A stretch of 64,000 nt of DNA from Raja brachyura (taxonomy: Eukaryota): contig OY740808.1 of NCBI GenBank assembly GCA_963514005.1, positions 13,950,001 through 14,014,000 on the forward strand. Reading direction: 5' to 3'. Below are positions 34,031 through 46,225 of the stretch, one piece after another. Within the stretch, counting starts at the first letter, position 1, and each line of letters starts with the position of its first letter. The position numbers and the translations under genes are program-made. Under the pieces are notes generated by a model. That model was not told the DNA's origin, did not search any database, and saw nothing but the letters and a program-made list of their open reading frames with translations.

Positions 34031-34725
34031 TAATCTAAATTTTGGGTTGCACAGAGGAGCCAGACTGCAGGGAAGAGGGAGATAGACACCTACATTCATT
34101 TAAAGGGGCTTGCAAATCCTGGTCAATGGGGTAAATACCAGAAGTGATAAATTGTACACCAAAAGGACTAGGACACCAGCCAGGCCCACAGTAAGAAGAG
34201 CCTGGTAAAATATGATGACAGGGGTTATATTCAGGGTTGAGAATGCTTGTGGAGTGGACTCATCAAAATAAATTTGATGTCCTAGACTAAATGTAAGGAA
34301 ATGTCTTCATCCAGAAGATAGTGAATTTAAGATGGAGATGGGTATAGTTTTGGTTATTGGGGAATCAAAGGATATAGGATATATTATTAAGGGAGGTGCA
34401 TTAAGGTAACACATCAATAATGATTTTATTGAATGGGGGTGTAGACATAAAATTCTTAATGGTAAGTATTTTCTTTACGTTCTTATGTAGGCAGCATAAA
34501 ATGATGCAGTAACCACTGGCTTTATTACATTGGCAGTGTAATCACCTGGACTGATTAAGGTAATGAAACCATTTCTGGGGGAGGTCAGTTGCATTTTCTA
34601 TTGCTGTCCTGGTGTTTGCAAACATAGCTTATGCACACTGGTGTCAGCAGCCATGGAAATAGAGGATAGCCCCTGTGCTCCATGATCCATTGGGCAATGC
34701 TGGCTGCACAATACCTCAGGGTAAA

Positions 34726-34780
34726 TGAGTCACATGTACTTCCCATGAGTCAAGCAAATGAGTCAAATGCGTCACATGAC
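34726..34780. promoter_or_regulatory. AP-1 site cluster (candidate enhancer)
   Basis: TGAGTCA at 34726, 34746 and 34759, TGCGTCA at 34768, and the E-box GTCACATGAC at 34771-34780. Confidence 0.45.
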
Positions 34781-35252
34781 TTTCTCTGAGGAAATCCTTG
34801 TGATCCATAAGAAGTTGAATCGATTGAACTTTTTCCCGCACAGCTAATTAGTGCCCATCTTCACCTAATGACCTTCATCCAAAGAGGTTTAGGTGGGTTA
34901 AATTGTATAATTGTATAAATTGTATAATTGTATAATATTGAGTCCCTGTTGTCCACCTGTATTATGTGGTGCAATTCTGCTTCATGATCTCGTTGCCTAT
35001 TTAAATACTTTCTAATTTAGCTATATTCTCCATAGATATTCTAATCTGAATAATTTCAATTCATTTCTGATTAGAAAACTGTAACGTCCAAGTTCAATTC
35101 AATTATTTCAATTAGTTACTGTATTTAGGGTTTGTTCTTTTTGAATGATTGATTGTAAACATTATAGCAAGACATTTCCAGCCACAAATCTATACATTTC
35201 CATAGAGAGTGGAGATAGATTTTGCAACTAAACATTGCAACCAACCAACCAA

Positions 35253-35562
35253 AGGGTGGCACAGTGGTGCAATAGTAGAACTACTGCCTTACAGTGCCAG
35301 AGACCTGGGTTTGATCTTGATCTTGGGTGCGATCTGTTCGGAGTTTATACACTCTCCCTGTAACCAAGTGGGTTTTCTCTAGGTGTTCCAGTTTCCTCCA
35401 ACATTCTAAAGATGTGTAAGTTTGTAGGTTAATTTGCTTCTGTAAATTACCCCTAGTGTGTAGGATGCGAAATGGGACAACATAGAACTACGTGTGATCA
35501 ATGGTTGGGATGGATTCGGTGGGCCAAAGGGCTTGTTTCCATGCTGTATCTCTAAACTAAAA
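35253..35562 (+). mobile_element. tRNA-derived V-SINE (HE1-like)
   Basis: gggtggcacagtggtgcaatagtag (A-box), gggtttgatc (B-box), V-domain-like core, CR1-type tail ending ctaaactaaa. Confidence 0.87.
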
Positions 35563-38307
35563 TTTATGTTTCATTATTTATCTCCATTTTAAGTTTAACC
35601 TTGACCTGCTGGTAGAGTCCTGGCACAGCTGGCAACTAACAGATGGTATACACTGTGAAGCAGAGGAATTAAATACCTTTCGAGCACTATTTATGGGCCA
35701 GGAACCTCGGCTGAAGCAAATATTTTCTCTCATTACACATTGCATTTGTCTCTGTCACCCACATCTCACCCCCTTCTCCCACCACCCCCATCCCCACATG
35801 ATTATCAAGTCTTCCTCCTTTCAAGGCCTTTGGGGCCAGCAGCCTCCTCCATCAGGTTAATGGAACCCTGCTTACCCCAGGATTACCACCAGAGTCTGGA
35901 CTTGCCCAGTATAGGGATTTTGCACCACAAATTTCAAACTTCCACAATCCTACACAGCACCAGACTTTATACCGGACAGGGATCCAACTTTGTTAATTTG
36001 GCTAATTCTGGTTGGAGAATTGCTGGGAGAGGGGAAAAAAAAAACATTTTGTAATATGTGGAGAAAGCCAGGTCTACAGGTTTCATAACTCCTAACCCCA
36101 CTTCAGAAATGGAACCATGATTTAATAGATTCCAACTGATGTCTTGTCACCATTTTTATGTAAGACCCCAGCTTGTGTCATAGATTATTTAATTGTGGAG
36201 CATGCTAGAAACCATATCTCCAGCAACCAGGTTGATAATATTTCATTTTGTTTTGGGTTGCTTAGGTCCGATTTCCTAGTCCAACATCAGGACATCAGAG
36301 AGGGGGAAGTATGTGTGAGCTCTGGGCTCACTCGCATACTGATTTAAACCAAATGAATTTAGAAAGTTTATATTTGTTTTCAATTTTCTAATTTGACACC
36401 TACGTAATATTTATATGAAGAAATTATCAAAGATTTCCAGTTTTCTTCTTGTTCAATGATTTTTTACTTTCATAGCGATATATTTAAAAATGTATTTTGG
36501 TAATTATCTGCATGATATATGATTTGTTTTACAGTGGATGCATTTGTTTAACTTTCAATTTCCAAAATGCATAAATTTTCTCATCTGAATTAATGTTATA
36601 TTTTACATTTTGTACATGCGTACCAGGTGTCATGCACCTTAAACGTATGTCACATTAATCTTCTCACCAATATTATTAAGTATTTGTAGCTTAATAATGG
36701 TTTTTTCTCCTAACTGCTTGCAAAGCGTAATCATCCACTTTATAATATTTTAAGTAACATGGTAACAGTTCTGTAGAGACATGATATTTAACAGGTTTAA
36801 TCTGCCTCAAGGGCTGATTTTTATAAAGCAAGTGTAAATTAAAGCAAAACAAGTATCAATTTTGTGCTGCCTATAAAGCAATTTAGCATTCTGCATTTTG
36901 AAAGCACAGAAAAAACACTCCAATGACTGTGTGTATATATTATGTACAGAATGATGTAAGGGGGGGGAGCTTGAGAAATGCTATTCATGATATACTTTAT
37001 GGATCTGTGAACCTTTTGTTTTTTTTCTTAACCATCTTTGTAGGCACAGATGGGGAAATAAGCATCATTAAGCACAAAAATCAATTAAGTCACTGATAGA
37101 TTTAATGATAGCTATTAAAAAGTAATAGTAGTTCTTAAAGTGTTAAAAAGACAAAACATTTTCAATTTCAGTTCCATTCGTGGTTGTCAAATACTTGATT
37201 TACATTTCTAATTCATGAAGGCAGTGATTCATTTTAAGTGATGGTACAGCATAGATGGTATTCCATATTCAATTCCTTGACGTCAATGGAATTAAATACA
37301 ATGTGGGGTGTATAGCAAAAGGTGATGCAATATCACCTGTTTTCCATTACCACCAAATTCATTTTCTACTGCATGATACATTGATGACTTTATTTTCTAT
37401 TTCCTCTATTTCTCTCTGTCAGGCCAACAATTAGAATGTGTCTTTAGCTATGAACATAAGTTGATTCATATGGGTGACTGGTATGTTATCAGTACGCTGC
37501 AGTCAACAGTTACAAGGTGAATGTGGCAAGAAATGTTTCCTTTTTCATTATTTTTGTGCTGAATTGCTGTACTTTACAGATAGATGTATTGGCTGCATGC
37601 ATAAGTAGTGACTCAGAATTACCATTGAATAACTGAAATGTATGTCTGCATTATTTATATAGGGTTGGATTTTAATGTGCAAATTTCTGGGAAGGATCAA
37701 GGGGCCTATAGCACATTAGAAATGTAAAAATATGTTAAATACCTACATTTTTAAAATTCAGCTGCTCAGTCAGCATTCACTTTTCAGGTTTCTCAGACAA
37801 GTATCATCAAAAGGTGTGGTGAATCAGTTTCAAACCCAATAAAAAATCCAATTTGAAACAATTTGAATTTGAAAAAAGATAGAAGGAAGTGTCAAATGAT
37901 GCCTTCACCGATATTTTGTGGGTGTGGTGTTTTGAAACCATCGCAGGAAGCAGTTTGATGACCAGTGCGGGAAAGTTGAGAGCAAATGTACTCAAGTCTC
38001 TCAAGCACAGCACCATCGAGTGGCAGATAAAACAGTATCACCCTGCCATGATCTTGCAATCAAGAAGAGATGGTGGGGATCAGCAATCTTGATATGTTTG
38101 ACCATCGGTGACTGGGGGCTGCAAACATCTTGTACCCAGCGAAAGAATTTGACATCAGGCAATTGCATGGCATGCAGCATTTATTCATGTTGACTTCATA
38201 TAAACAGTGACTGAATTATGAACATATTTATAACAATAATGTTAAATTTGAAAAGGGACGAGGTAATGCAGAGTGAATGCAGGGAGCTAGTCAAAAATAA
38301 AAAAAAA

Positions 38308-39945
38308 ACATGATGTACAAGATGTTGGTGAGGCCACACTTGGAGTACTCTGTTCAGTATTGGTCAACCTGCTATAAGAAGGATATCATTAAGCTAGAAA
38401 GAATGCAGAGAAGATTTATGAGGTGTATAAAATCATGAGGGGAAAAGATAGGAATCGACCAGGTGCAGACCCGTTGGGCCTGTCCCCCAAGGCAATATTC
38501 CACCACTGACCCATAGCCCCCAATTGCGCAGGCGTGGCTGATGGGTTCCCTTTGTGACGCCAGCGATCCCCGTTGTGAAGCGAGTCACGGCAACCCTCCC
38601 CCAACTGCACAGGCGCGGCTGGCAAGTGGGAGTGCGACTGCGACGTTTTAAAAGTTCAAAATGGCAATAATCTGTAAAATATACAAAATCAATGTGCAAG
38701 CATCTCACTCTCCCTCTTCTGTCCCCTATTCTCCTCCTCCATTATCCCACCTCTCCCCACCCTCCACCAACCCTCCTCCGCTTCCTCCCTTCACCCCCTC
38801 CCTCCCCTCCGCCATTACCTCACCATCCCTCTTACTACTATCCTCCTCCATTCCCCCTCATCCCCAGCACCCCCTCCCCCTCCTCTTCACCCTCCCTCTT
38901 ATTTCCCCTCTCCTCCTCCACTCCCCCACTCCCTCCCTCACCTCTCCCTCCATCTCCTTTCCCCTACCCTCATCCGCTCCCTCCCTCCCTCCATAACCAC
39001 TCTCCCCTCCTCTCCCTCTATCCCCCTGATCCCCACTCCTAATCTCCCCCCTATTCCACCACCCACTCTCCCTTCTCACCTTCCCCACTGCCCTCCTCTC
39101 CCTCTATCCCCCACTCCCTACCTCCCCCACTCCCCCCTCCTCTCCCTCTATCCCACCTCCCCCTGTGTACATATACAGATTTTAGTAAGGCTTTGGATAA
39201 AGTCTTCCATGGTAGGCTGATCCAGAATGCACACAGATAACAGTGGCTAGGTCATATGGATTCATAACTGGTTTATTCGTAAAAGATTTGTGGTGGAAGG
39301 ACAATATTCAGACTGGGTTCTGTGACCAGTGGAATTCTGCAGAGATCTGTGCAGGATCTTCTGCTGTTTGTAAGATATATAAATAACTTGGACGTAAGAG
39401 TAGATTGGTTGGTTGCTGGGGTAATGGACTGTGAGGAAAACTGTCAAAGTGTACAGTGGGATATAGATTGGCTATGGAAATGAGCAGATAAATTGCAGAT
39501 GCTGTTTAATACGAGTAAGTGTGATGTGTTACATATTGGGAGATCAAATGTAAGGGGAAAATATACAATGAATGGCACGACCCTTAACAGCATTGATGCA
39601 CAGAGCGGTCTTAGGTTCCATATCCATAACTCCCTGGAAGTGGCAAGTAGATAGAACCAGAGGACATGCATTTAAGGTGAGTGGAGAAAGATTTACTAAG
39701 AACCTGAGGGCAACTGTTTCACAGAGAGGGTGGTGGTTACATGCACTAGACTGCCAGAGTAGGTAGTTGAGACAGGTACTATAACAACAGCATTTAAAAG
39801 ACATTTGGACAGGGAGGTGGATAGGAAAGGTGTAAAGAGATATGGGCCAAATACAAGCCGGTGGGATTAGCATTAATGGGGTATCTTGGTTGGCATGGGC
39901 AAGTTGGGCTGAAGGACTTGTTTCCATGCTGTATAACTCTCTATT
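38308..39945 (+). mobile_element. CR1 LINE fragments (38308-38452 and 39165-39945) separated by a Helitron-like insert
   Basis: LVRPHLEYSVQYWS, DFSKALDKV, RTRGHAFKVSGERF and a CR1 3' UTR. Confidence 0.8.
38453..39165 (-). mobile_element. Helitron-like 3' fragment plus a polypyrimidine (CT-rich) tract of about 460 nt
   Basis: Hairpin cagaccc-gtt-gggcctg (38466-38482) about 8 nt from a decayed CTAG position. Pyrimidine-rich tract at 38700-39165. Confidence 0.5.
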
Positions 39946-40164
39946 TTTTAGAGGAACCAATAAGATTAAAGGGTTTGCAGCAATAGGAGACGCTCTGAAT
40001 TTCAATAAAATGTCGGAACAAGCTTGTTGAGTTTCAAATGAATCTGAAAACTGGACTCTGGATTTCAGAGGACCGTGGGAACCAGGTCCCGGATGATTTT
40101 CAAGGCACTGCGGGATGAGGCACCTTGTGATTTCTGAATAATAAGTTGAAAATGTTCAGTTTTT

Positions 40165-40690
40165 TACTGCACCATATTCAGTTTTGGTCTCCTTATTTAA
40201 TAAAGAATATAATTATACTGAATGCATCATAGAACATGCCCACTGAATTTATTTCTGGGACAAAGTGGTCATATGAGAACAGATTGAATAGATTCAGTCT
40301 TGTTGGACATCTGAAGATAATCTCATTGAAATTTATAAGAAGCTGGGGAACTTGTCCCGATAGATTTTGAGACAGTGCTTTCCTTCTTGAGGAAATCTAA
40401 ACCCAGAGGCCATATCTCAGAATCAAAAGTCCTCCATTTAATTCTGAGGAAAAAAGGATTATTTTCTTCTTCAAAGGATTATGCGTTCTTAGAATTCTAT
40501 AATTTGATGAGCTGTGAATGCTGAGTCCAAAGAACGGAGAGAGGTATTTGGATTGTAGAGGAATTAATGATTATAGGGATTAGACAGGAGATCGGGGTTG
40601 GGGCCAACGATTAGATCAGTCTTGATCAAATTTGTTGGCAAAGTGTGCATGAAAGGCCATATGGCACGCTGCTGCCCTGGTTTTTAATTT
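40165..40690 (+). mobile_element. Old CR1 LINE 3' fragment
   Basis: ttcagttttggtctccttatttaa, ctcattgaaatttataag and gaaaggccatatggc tail hairpin. Confidence 0.65.
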
Positions 40691-41189
40691 TTTATTTGCC
40701 ACTTCGTATCTATACCAGCTTGTATAAAAGAGCTGTCTGATATCAGTTGGCAACTCAGGTTGAGATAAAGGAAATTCTTCCTCATCCTTTTTTCACTATT
40801 TCCACATTTCATTCAACATTTTGAACAATTAAGATAACCTTTAAAGACAACTCTGATTAAAAGTTGTCCAGCCATTTATGTTTTAAAAGCTACTTTGGAC
40901 TTTACTTCCCACAGATCTTTTCGGCAGCCTTTTACATTCTAAAAACTTGTTGGCTGCTATTTACCACATTTTCACACATCGCAAAGATTGCTTCTGATGT
41001 TTTATCAGTAATTGACTGATTGAGCTGCTATTTGCTATGATCTACAAAGATTATCATTGTTTAGAACATGGTTTAGAGTATGATTGATTTCAGTTCATTA
41101 GGAACTCATTGCTTAGTTATAATGGTTATAAACACTTGTTAAATGTCAACCCATTCTCAATTTGTGTAATTATCTCAACCTGAGATAAA

Positions 41190-41992
41190 TCAAAGTGGCG
41201 GCGCCCAACTGCAGTACGTCTGTATTTTTTTTAATTTTTGTCCCGTTAGATATATGTTTTTGGTTCTAATTTTTATTATTTTTTAGCTGTGTAAATGTGG
41301 GGGGGGGGGGGGTGTGTGGGGGGTGGAGGAGACCGTTTAATGTCTTTCCTGTACGGGGACTCGACTTTTACTCTGTCAGATCTCTGGTGTCGTTGGGCCT
41401 AACATTGTAGAGCCGGCGGCGGCCTCCAACCGGAACCAACCTGAGGGCTCCAGTCGCGGAGGTTGCGGACTCTCCATCGCGGAGCTAGCCGACTTCGGAG
41501 CAGGGAGAGCTGTGGTGGTGCGCAGCTGCAACCCGACTTTGGAGCTTTCGAGCCTCTGGCTGCAGGCCCGGTGGACAGGAACATCGGGAGCTCGCAGGTC
41601 GCTGGTGGGAGACCACTTTTCGGAGCTCCCGCAACGGCAACTTCTCCCGCCGGATTTGCGGAGTTTAAATGACTCGGAGCGGGGCCTAACATCGCCCGGC
41701 GTGGCTTAAACGGCCGCGGGACTTACCGTCGCTTGCCGGGGACTTTAACATCGTTAGCTCCACTCACCTCGATGCTGCAGTTGGACTGCTGGACCGCAGG
41801 AGAAGAACAAAGGGAAGAGATAAGACTTTGCCTTCCATCACAGTGAGGAGGTGTTGGAGATTCAATGTGATGGATGTTTGTGTAAATTGTGTTAAGTGTG
41901 TGTCTTGGTTTTTTTTGTAATGTCGTCTCTGTAGGAATGAAATTTTGTTCAAACCTTGTCTGTTTGAATGACAATAAAAGGCATTCTAGTCT
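41190..41992 (+). mobile_element. GC-rich non-coding retroposon (bipartite family, copy 4)
   Basis: Head aaagtggcggcgcccaactgcag, T and G tracts, CpG-rich body, hairpin tccatcacagtga/tcaatgtgatgga, terminal hairpin ttcaaac/gtttgaa and tgacaataaa. Confidence 0.75.
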
Positions 41993-42221
41993 ATCTTTTT
42001 TGCTGAAAATGTACTTTTTCAGCCATTTAAAGTTGTAGAGATTCTATATATTGTTATTAAAATGTGCTATTCCACTTTTATTATCTCTATTGATGTTACA
42101 AGCATGAGGAAATATTTCAATGCATTGAGTTATAAACTCATAAACATAAACAGACCATAATGGACGGAGAGATGTCCGTTACTGTCTATGACAGCAGATG
42201 ATGGGCAAAGACTGTTATAGA

Positions 42222-42347
42222 CAAAAGGACACAAAGTGCTGGAGTAATTCAGCGGGTCAGTATTTCTGGAGAACATGGATAGGTGACATTGGGACGCATC
42301 CTCAGACTGATTCAATCCGCTGAGTTACTCCAGCACTGTGTGTCGTT
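42222..42347. mobile_element. Palindromic Penelope-derived mini-element
   Basis: gacacaaagtgctggagtaattcagcgg is inverted with ccgctgagttactccagcactgtgtgtc. Confidence 0.75.
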
Positions 42348-42699
42348 TCACTTTAAAACTGGGCGCCAAGGTTAGAACCAGATTAACGTCATCGATAAAA
42401 GAGCTAAAGAAAACATGAGGAAGAAGCATGATCTTACGTAATATATAAATGGAGCTACAAATGGTTTTATATGCATGTAAAGAGGAAAGGATTAGAGTAA
42501 AGGGTAATGTAAGTTCTGAGGAGAAATTATTTGGGGGAGAAGAAAATTGAAGAGTAACTTCTCTTCAATTTTCTTATTGCTGTCATAAACAAATACTTCA
42601 TGGAATAAGATGAAAGACCAGCTCGTTAGTGCACAACACTAGTTTTGGATTGAATGTTGGTCAAAATATATACATTAAATAAATTAAAATAGTCGATAG

Positions 42700-43045
42700 G
42701 AGGTACAGAAATTGCAAATTCTGCTTTGTATAAAAAAAGATGCAAAGTGCTGGAGTAACTACAGCATTTCTGCAGAACATGGATAGGTGATGTTTTGGGT
42801 CAGGACCCTTCTTCAGGCTGATTGTGGTGAGGGAGGGGGAGCGAGAAAATTGGAAGAGAGGCAGGGGCAGGACAAAGCCTGGTGAATGGTCGGTGGATAG
42901 AGGTGGTGGTGGTGGTGGGGGGTTGGGGGGGTTGATTGGCAGATGGTTAGACAAAGGCCAAAGAAGAAAATATTAAAAGTGTGAGATAAGGATAGAAGTG
43001 ATGCGAATTGTGAAGTCAGCTGAAAGAATATAGGTGGATGGGAAT
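42700..43045 (-). mobile_element. Penelope 3' UTR fragment
   Basis: Reverse complement of the element at 8570-8878, with a decayed ctgaagaagggtcctgacccaaaacatc core. Confidence 0.7.
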
Positions 43046-44120
43046 ATTGTATATCTACTTTGAACTTTTAGGTTAAATCGTAGCCTTTTTCTCGAATAAT
43101 AAAAACAAAGTTGCTGTTTCACAATGTACCGGATACTTTTTGATATTTCATCTAAACCATGTCACATTATGATCAATGTCCCCTCCATATCCTTCATTGA
43201 CATTGACTCCCGTTGATCCATTTCATTCACCGAAAACTGATTCAGCAATGCTTCCTGCCTCATTGGGCTGGAAATGTATTTCTGTCCAATCCCACTACTT
43301 ACCTTACAATATTTATATCCTATATTTGGATATTGAAGGCTCCTACTATCACATTTACAGATTTGTTTGTATCTAACGCTTCACTGAAAATCATTGCAGA
43401 TATTCTGCTCTACATGTCACTTGATGGTGACCTGCTGGATACACCCAGAAATGTAATCACAGAACTGTTATTTCTTCATAGTAGCCATATAGATTATTTT
43501 ATGCTCACTCTCCAGTAATCTCCTTGATTAATATTACTTTAATCTCACCTTCTTTTCCTTCCATATCTTTCCTGAAGACATTTATTTAAGAATATTTAGC
43601 ACTTTTGAATATTTTAGACTATTAATTAACATCATTCTGTTTTGAGACATCATTCTTTTAACTTCACTTCATTTTACCCTTTGGTCTAAGCCCTTTAACA
43701 ATATACCGTTTCTTATTCCAGAATCCAATCATTTGTGCCACATGTTCTCTTTTGGCTACATCTTGATTTCCAAGTCATCACCAAATCACCTTCCCCTCAT
43801 CATTACTGAACTCTCCCTTCTCACTTTAGTCTTTAGTCTTTAGTCTTTAGCCAATTTTGTTCATGTACAGTCCCTGTCCAACATGTATCTAAGAGCCATT
43901 TCTGATGTTGGTGGGACATGATATCTGATTTTAATCCTGCATATAAAAATAATTGGAAATTAATAATTGCATATGAAATCACTGTTTCCATTGCCTTGAG
44001 AGTTTGCCACACTCATTTACTTTCACAGTTGCTTCCTCTCACTGTATTTCATTTTATGGCTGGACGATTTCCTGCACACTTTTGTTTAGAGGATATCTTT
44101 TCTCCGTACTTTGTTAACTA

Positions 44121-44398
44121 AGGCGCGGCACAGTTGCTGCCTTACAGCGCCTTACTATGGGTGCTCTCTGCAAGGAGTTTGAAAGTTTTCCTTTGTGACG
44201 GCGTTTTTTGCGCTCCGGTTTTCTCCCACAGTCCAAAGGCGTGCAGGTTTGTAGAAAAATTATCTTCTGTAAATATTCCCTAGTGCATAGGATAGAACTA
44301 GTGTATGGGTGATAGTTTGGCGGTATGGACTTGGTGGGCTGAAGGACCTGTTTCCTTGCTGCTTCTATAAACTAAACTAAACTAAAGTAAAATAAACT
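44121..44398 (+). mobile_element. tRNA-derived V-SINE (HE1-like), internally deleted
   Basis: ggcgcggcacagttgctgccttacagcgcc, ctccggttttctcccacagtccaaag and a (ctaaa)n tail. Confidence 0.8.
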
Positions 44399-45689
44399 CT
44401 TCTTGTTCTCCATCAGAAAATATGAATTGGCTATGTTGCACCATCTTTTAGAATGCTACAATAACCTATAGTATTATTTATTTTGTCTACTACAGCCATA
44501 ATGTACCCCAAAGGCTGGTTTTACATTGTCAAAAGTAGCTTGAACTGGTGCTATCTACTCTTATAAAATGTTGTGTGGGTTTACACAAGGTCAAATGTGC
44601 ATAGTTAATCACATATTATTATGCCAACACTCATTCTGCAGCACAGTCCTGTTTAGCCCCAGTCAGCACAAAATCAGCAAATGCTGGAAAATGGACTTAA
44701 AAAATAGAAATGCTTGAAATGATCAGCAGGTCAGGTCACATGAGTGGAAGGCAAACTAGATTTAGTGCTTCAGGTCAATTAATTTTCATCAGAACTGGCA
44801 GGACATCATTTCCCAGATTTTCACTAATCTCATATCTTCATGAGTTCTCCATAATCTCCTGTCTCCTTCAGTCAACCAATTTGCTTCTGCCTCCTCCCTA
44901 AAATTATTAAGCAGGACTGTCTTGGCACACCATTGATCTGTTTTTATTATTGGTGCTTTGATCCTATTCTCTCCTGTTATTCAATTTCTTCCCACCAAAA
45001 CCTACAACACTTTGGCACTCTCTAACATCTCAGTTTCACATGCATGTTCAATTATAATTAAAAAAACATGATTATTGTTATAGTTTAACAAAAATTATCA
45101 GAAAATGAAACATAAAATACACGTGTTGGCACCAAAATCCAAGAGCAATGGAATGAAGGCATGGAGTGACAATGTAAAAAGTGTACTCAAGATGGTTCTG
45201 GCATCCTGAGAATGTTTAACTGTGCGGTTATATTTTCTTCCTCCCATATTGATTTCCAGTATATTTGCTGTTAGATTTAATTTAAACTAGCGACTGTTTG
45301 ATTTTTAATATTTGCCTGCAGCAAAGTTGTAATAAATGAAAGCATAGAACATAACATACATAAAATATATCAATTTAAAACATAGAAAAGTACATGTAGC
45401 AATGGATGAAATTAGTATTTTGTTTAGTTTTTAATCATTTCCCATTTATATGATTTTGCAGTTTTAGATATGAGGTAAGAATATAGTATACAATATAGAA
45501 TGTATTGCACGTAGGTTGGAATGAGATTTTTGTCCTTGTGAATTAAAGATTTTCTTCAAGTGCATGTACGTTTTTGACATTTGAAATATCTAAATCATTA
45601 TTTTTAGCAGAGATAAGAAAAGCCTGCATCCTAAGGCACAAACTGTTGAACCTAACATCAGTGGTGAGTAAGATATTGCAGGAACTGTG

Positions 45690-46225
45690 AGAGAATGTTG
45701 CATTTGTAAAGGCAGCAAATGATTAGGGATAGGTAGTATGGGTATTCCGGAAACGGGAAATCATGTCTCATTAATTTGATTGAATTTTTTGCAGAGGTGA
45801 CCAAAAAGTGCGATGTTGTCCACATAGACTTCAGCAAGGCCTTTGACAAGGTACCACATGGTAGGCTATTCTGAATGGTTAGATCCCATGGGATCCAAGC
45901 TGAGGTAACTAATTGGATACTAAATTGGTTTCAAGGTTGCAGACAGAAGGTGATGGTGGAGGATATTTTACAGACTGGAGATCTGTAGCAAATGGGTTGG
46001 GTGAACTTTGTTTGTTATTTATATTAACAATTTTGGTAGTTGTGGCATGGTCAGTAAATTCACAGATTACACTAAATTGAGAATAGTATAGTGGATTAAA
46101 CATTACAACGGATCTTGATCCACCTGGGCCGTTGGGCTGAGGAATGGCTGATAGAGTTTAATTCAGATAAATGTGTGGTGCTGTGTTTTGGTAAGACAAA
46201 CCAAGGCAGGACTTACCCAGTAAGG
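45690..46225 (+). mobile_element. CR1 LINE RT fragment
   Basis: KSCLINLIEFFAEVTK, DFSKAFDKVPHGRL and FNSDKCVVLCFGK. Confidence 0.85.

Noticed and set aside
34900-34936. Short tandem repeats ((ataattgt)n here, (ccaagaa)n at about 18134, (tttagtc)n at about 43825)
   Set aside because: Ordinary slippage microsatellites with no further structure.
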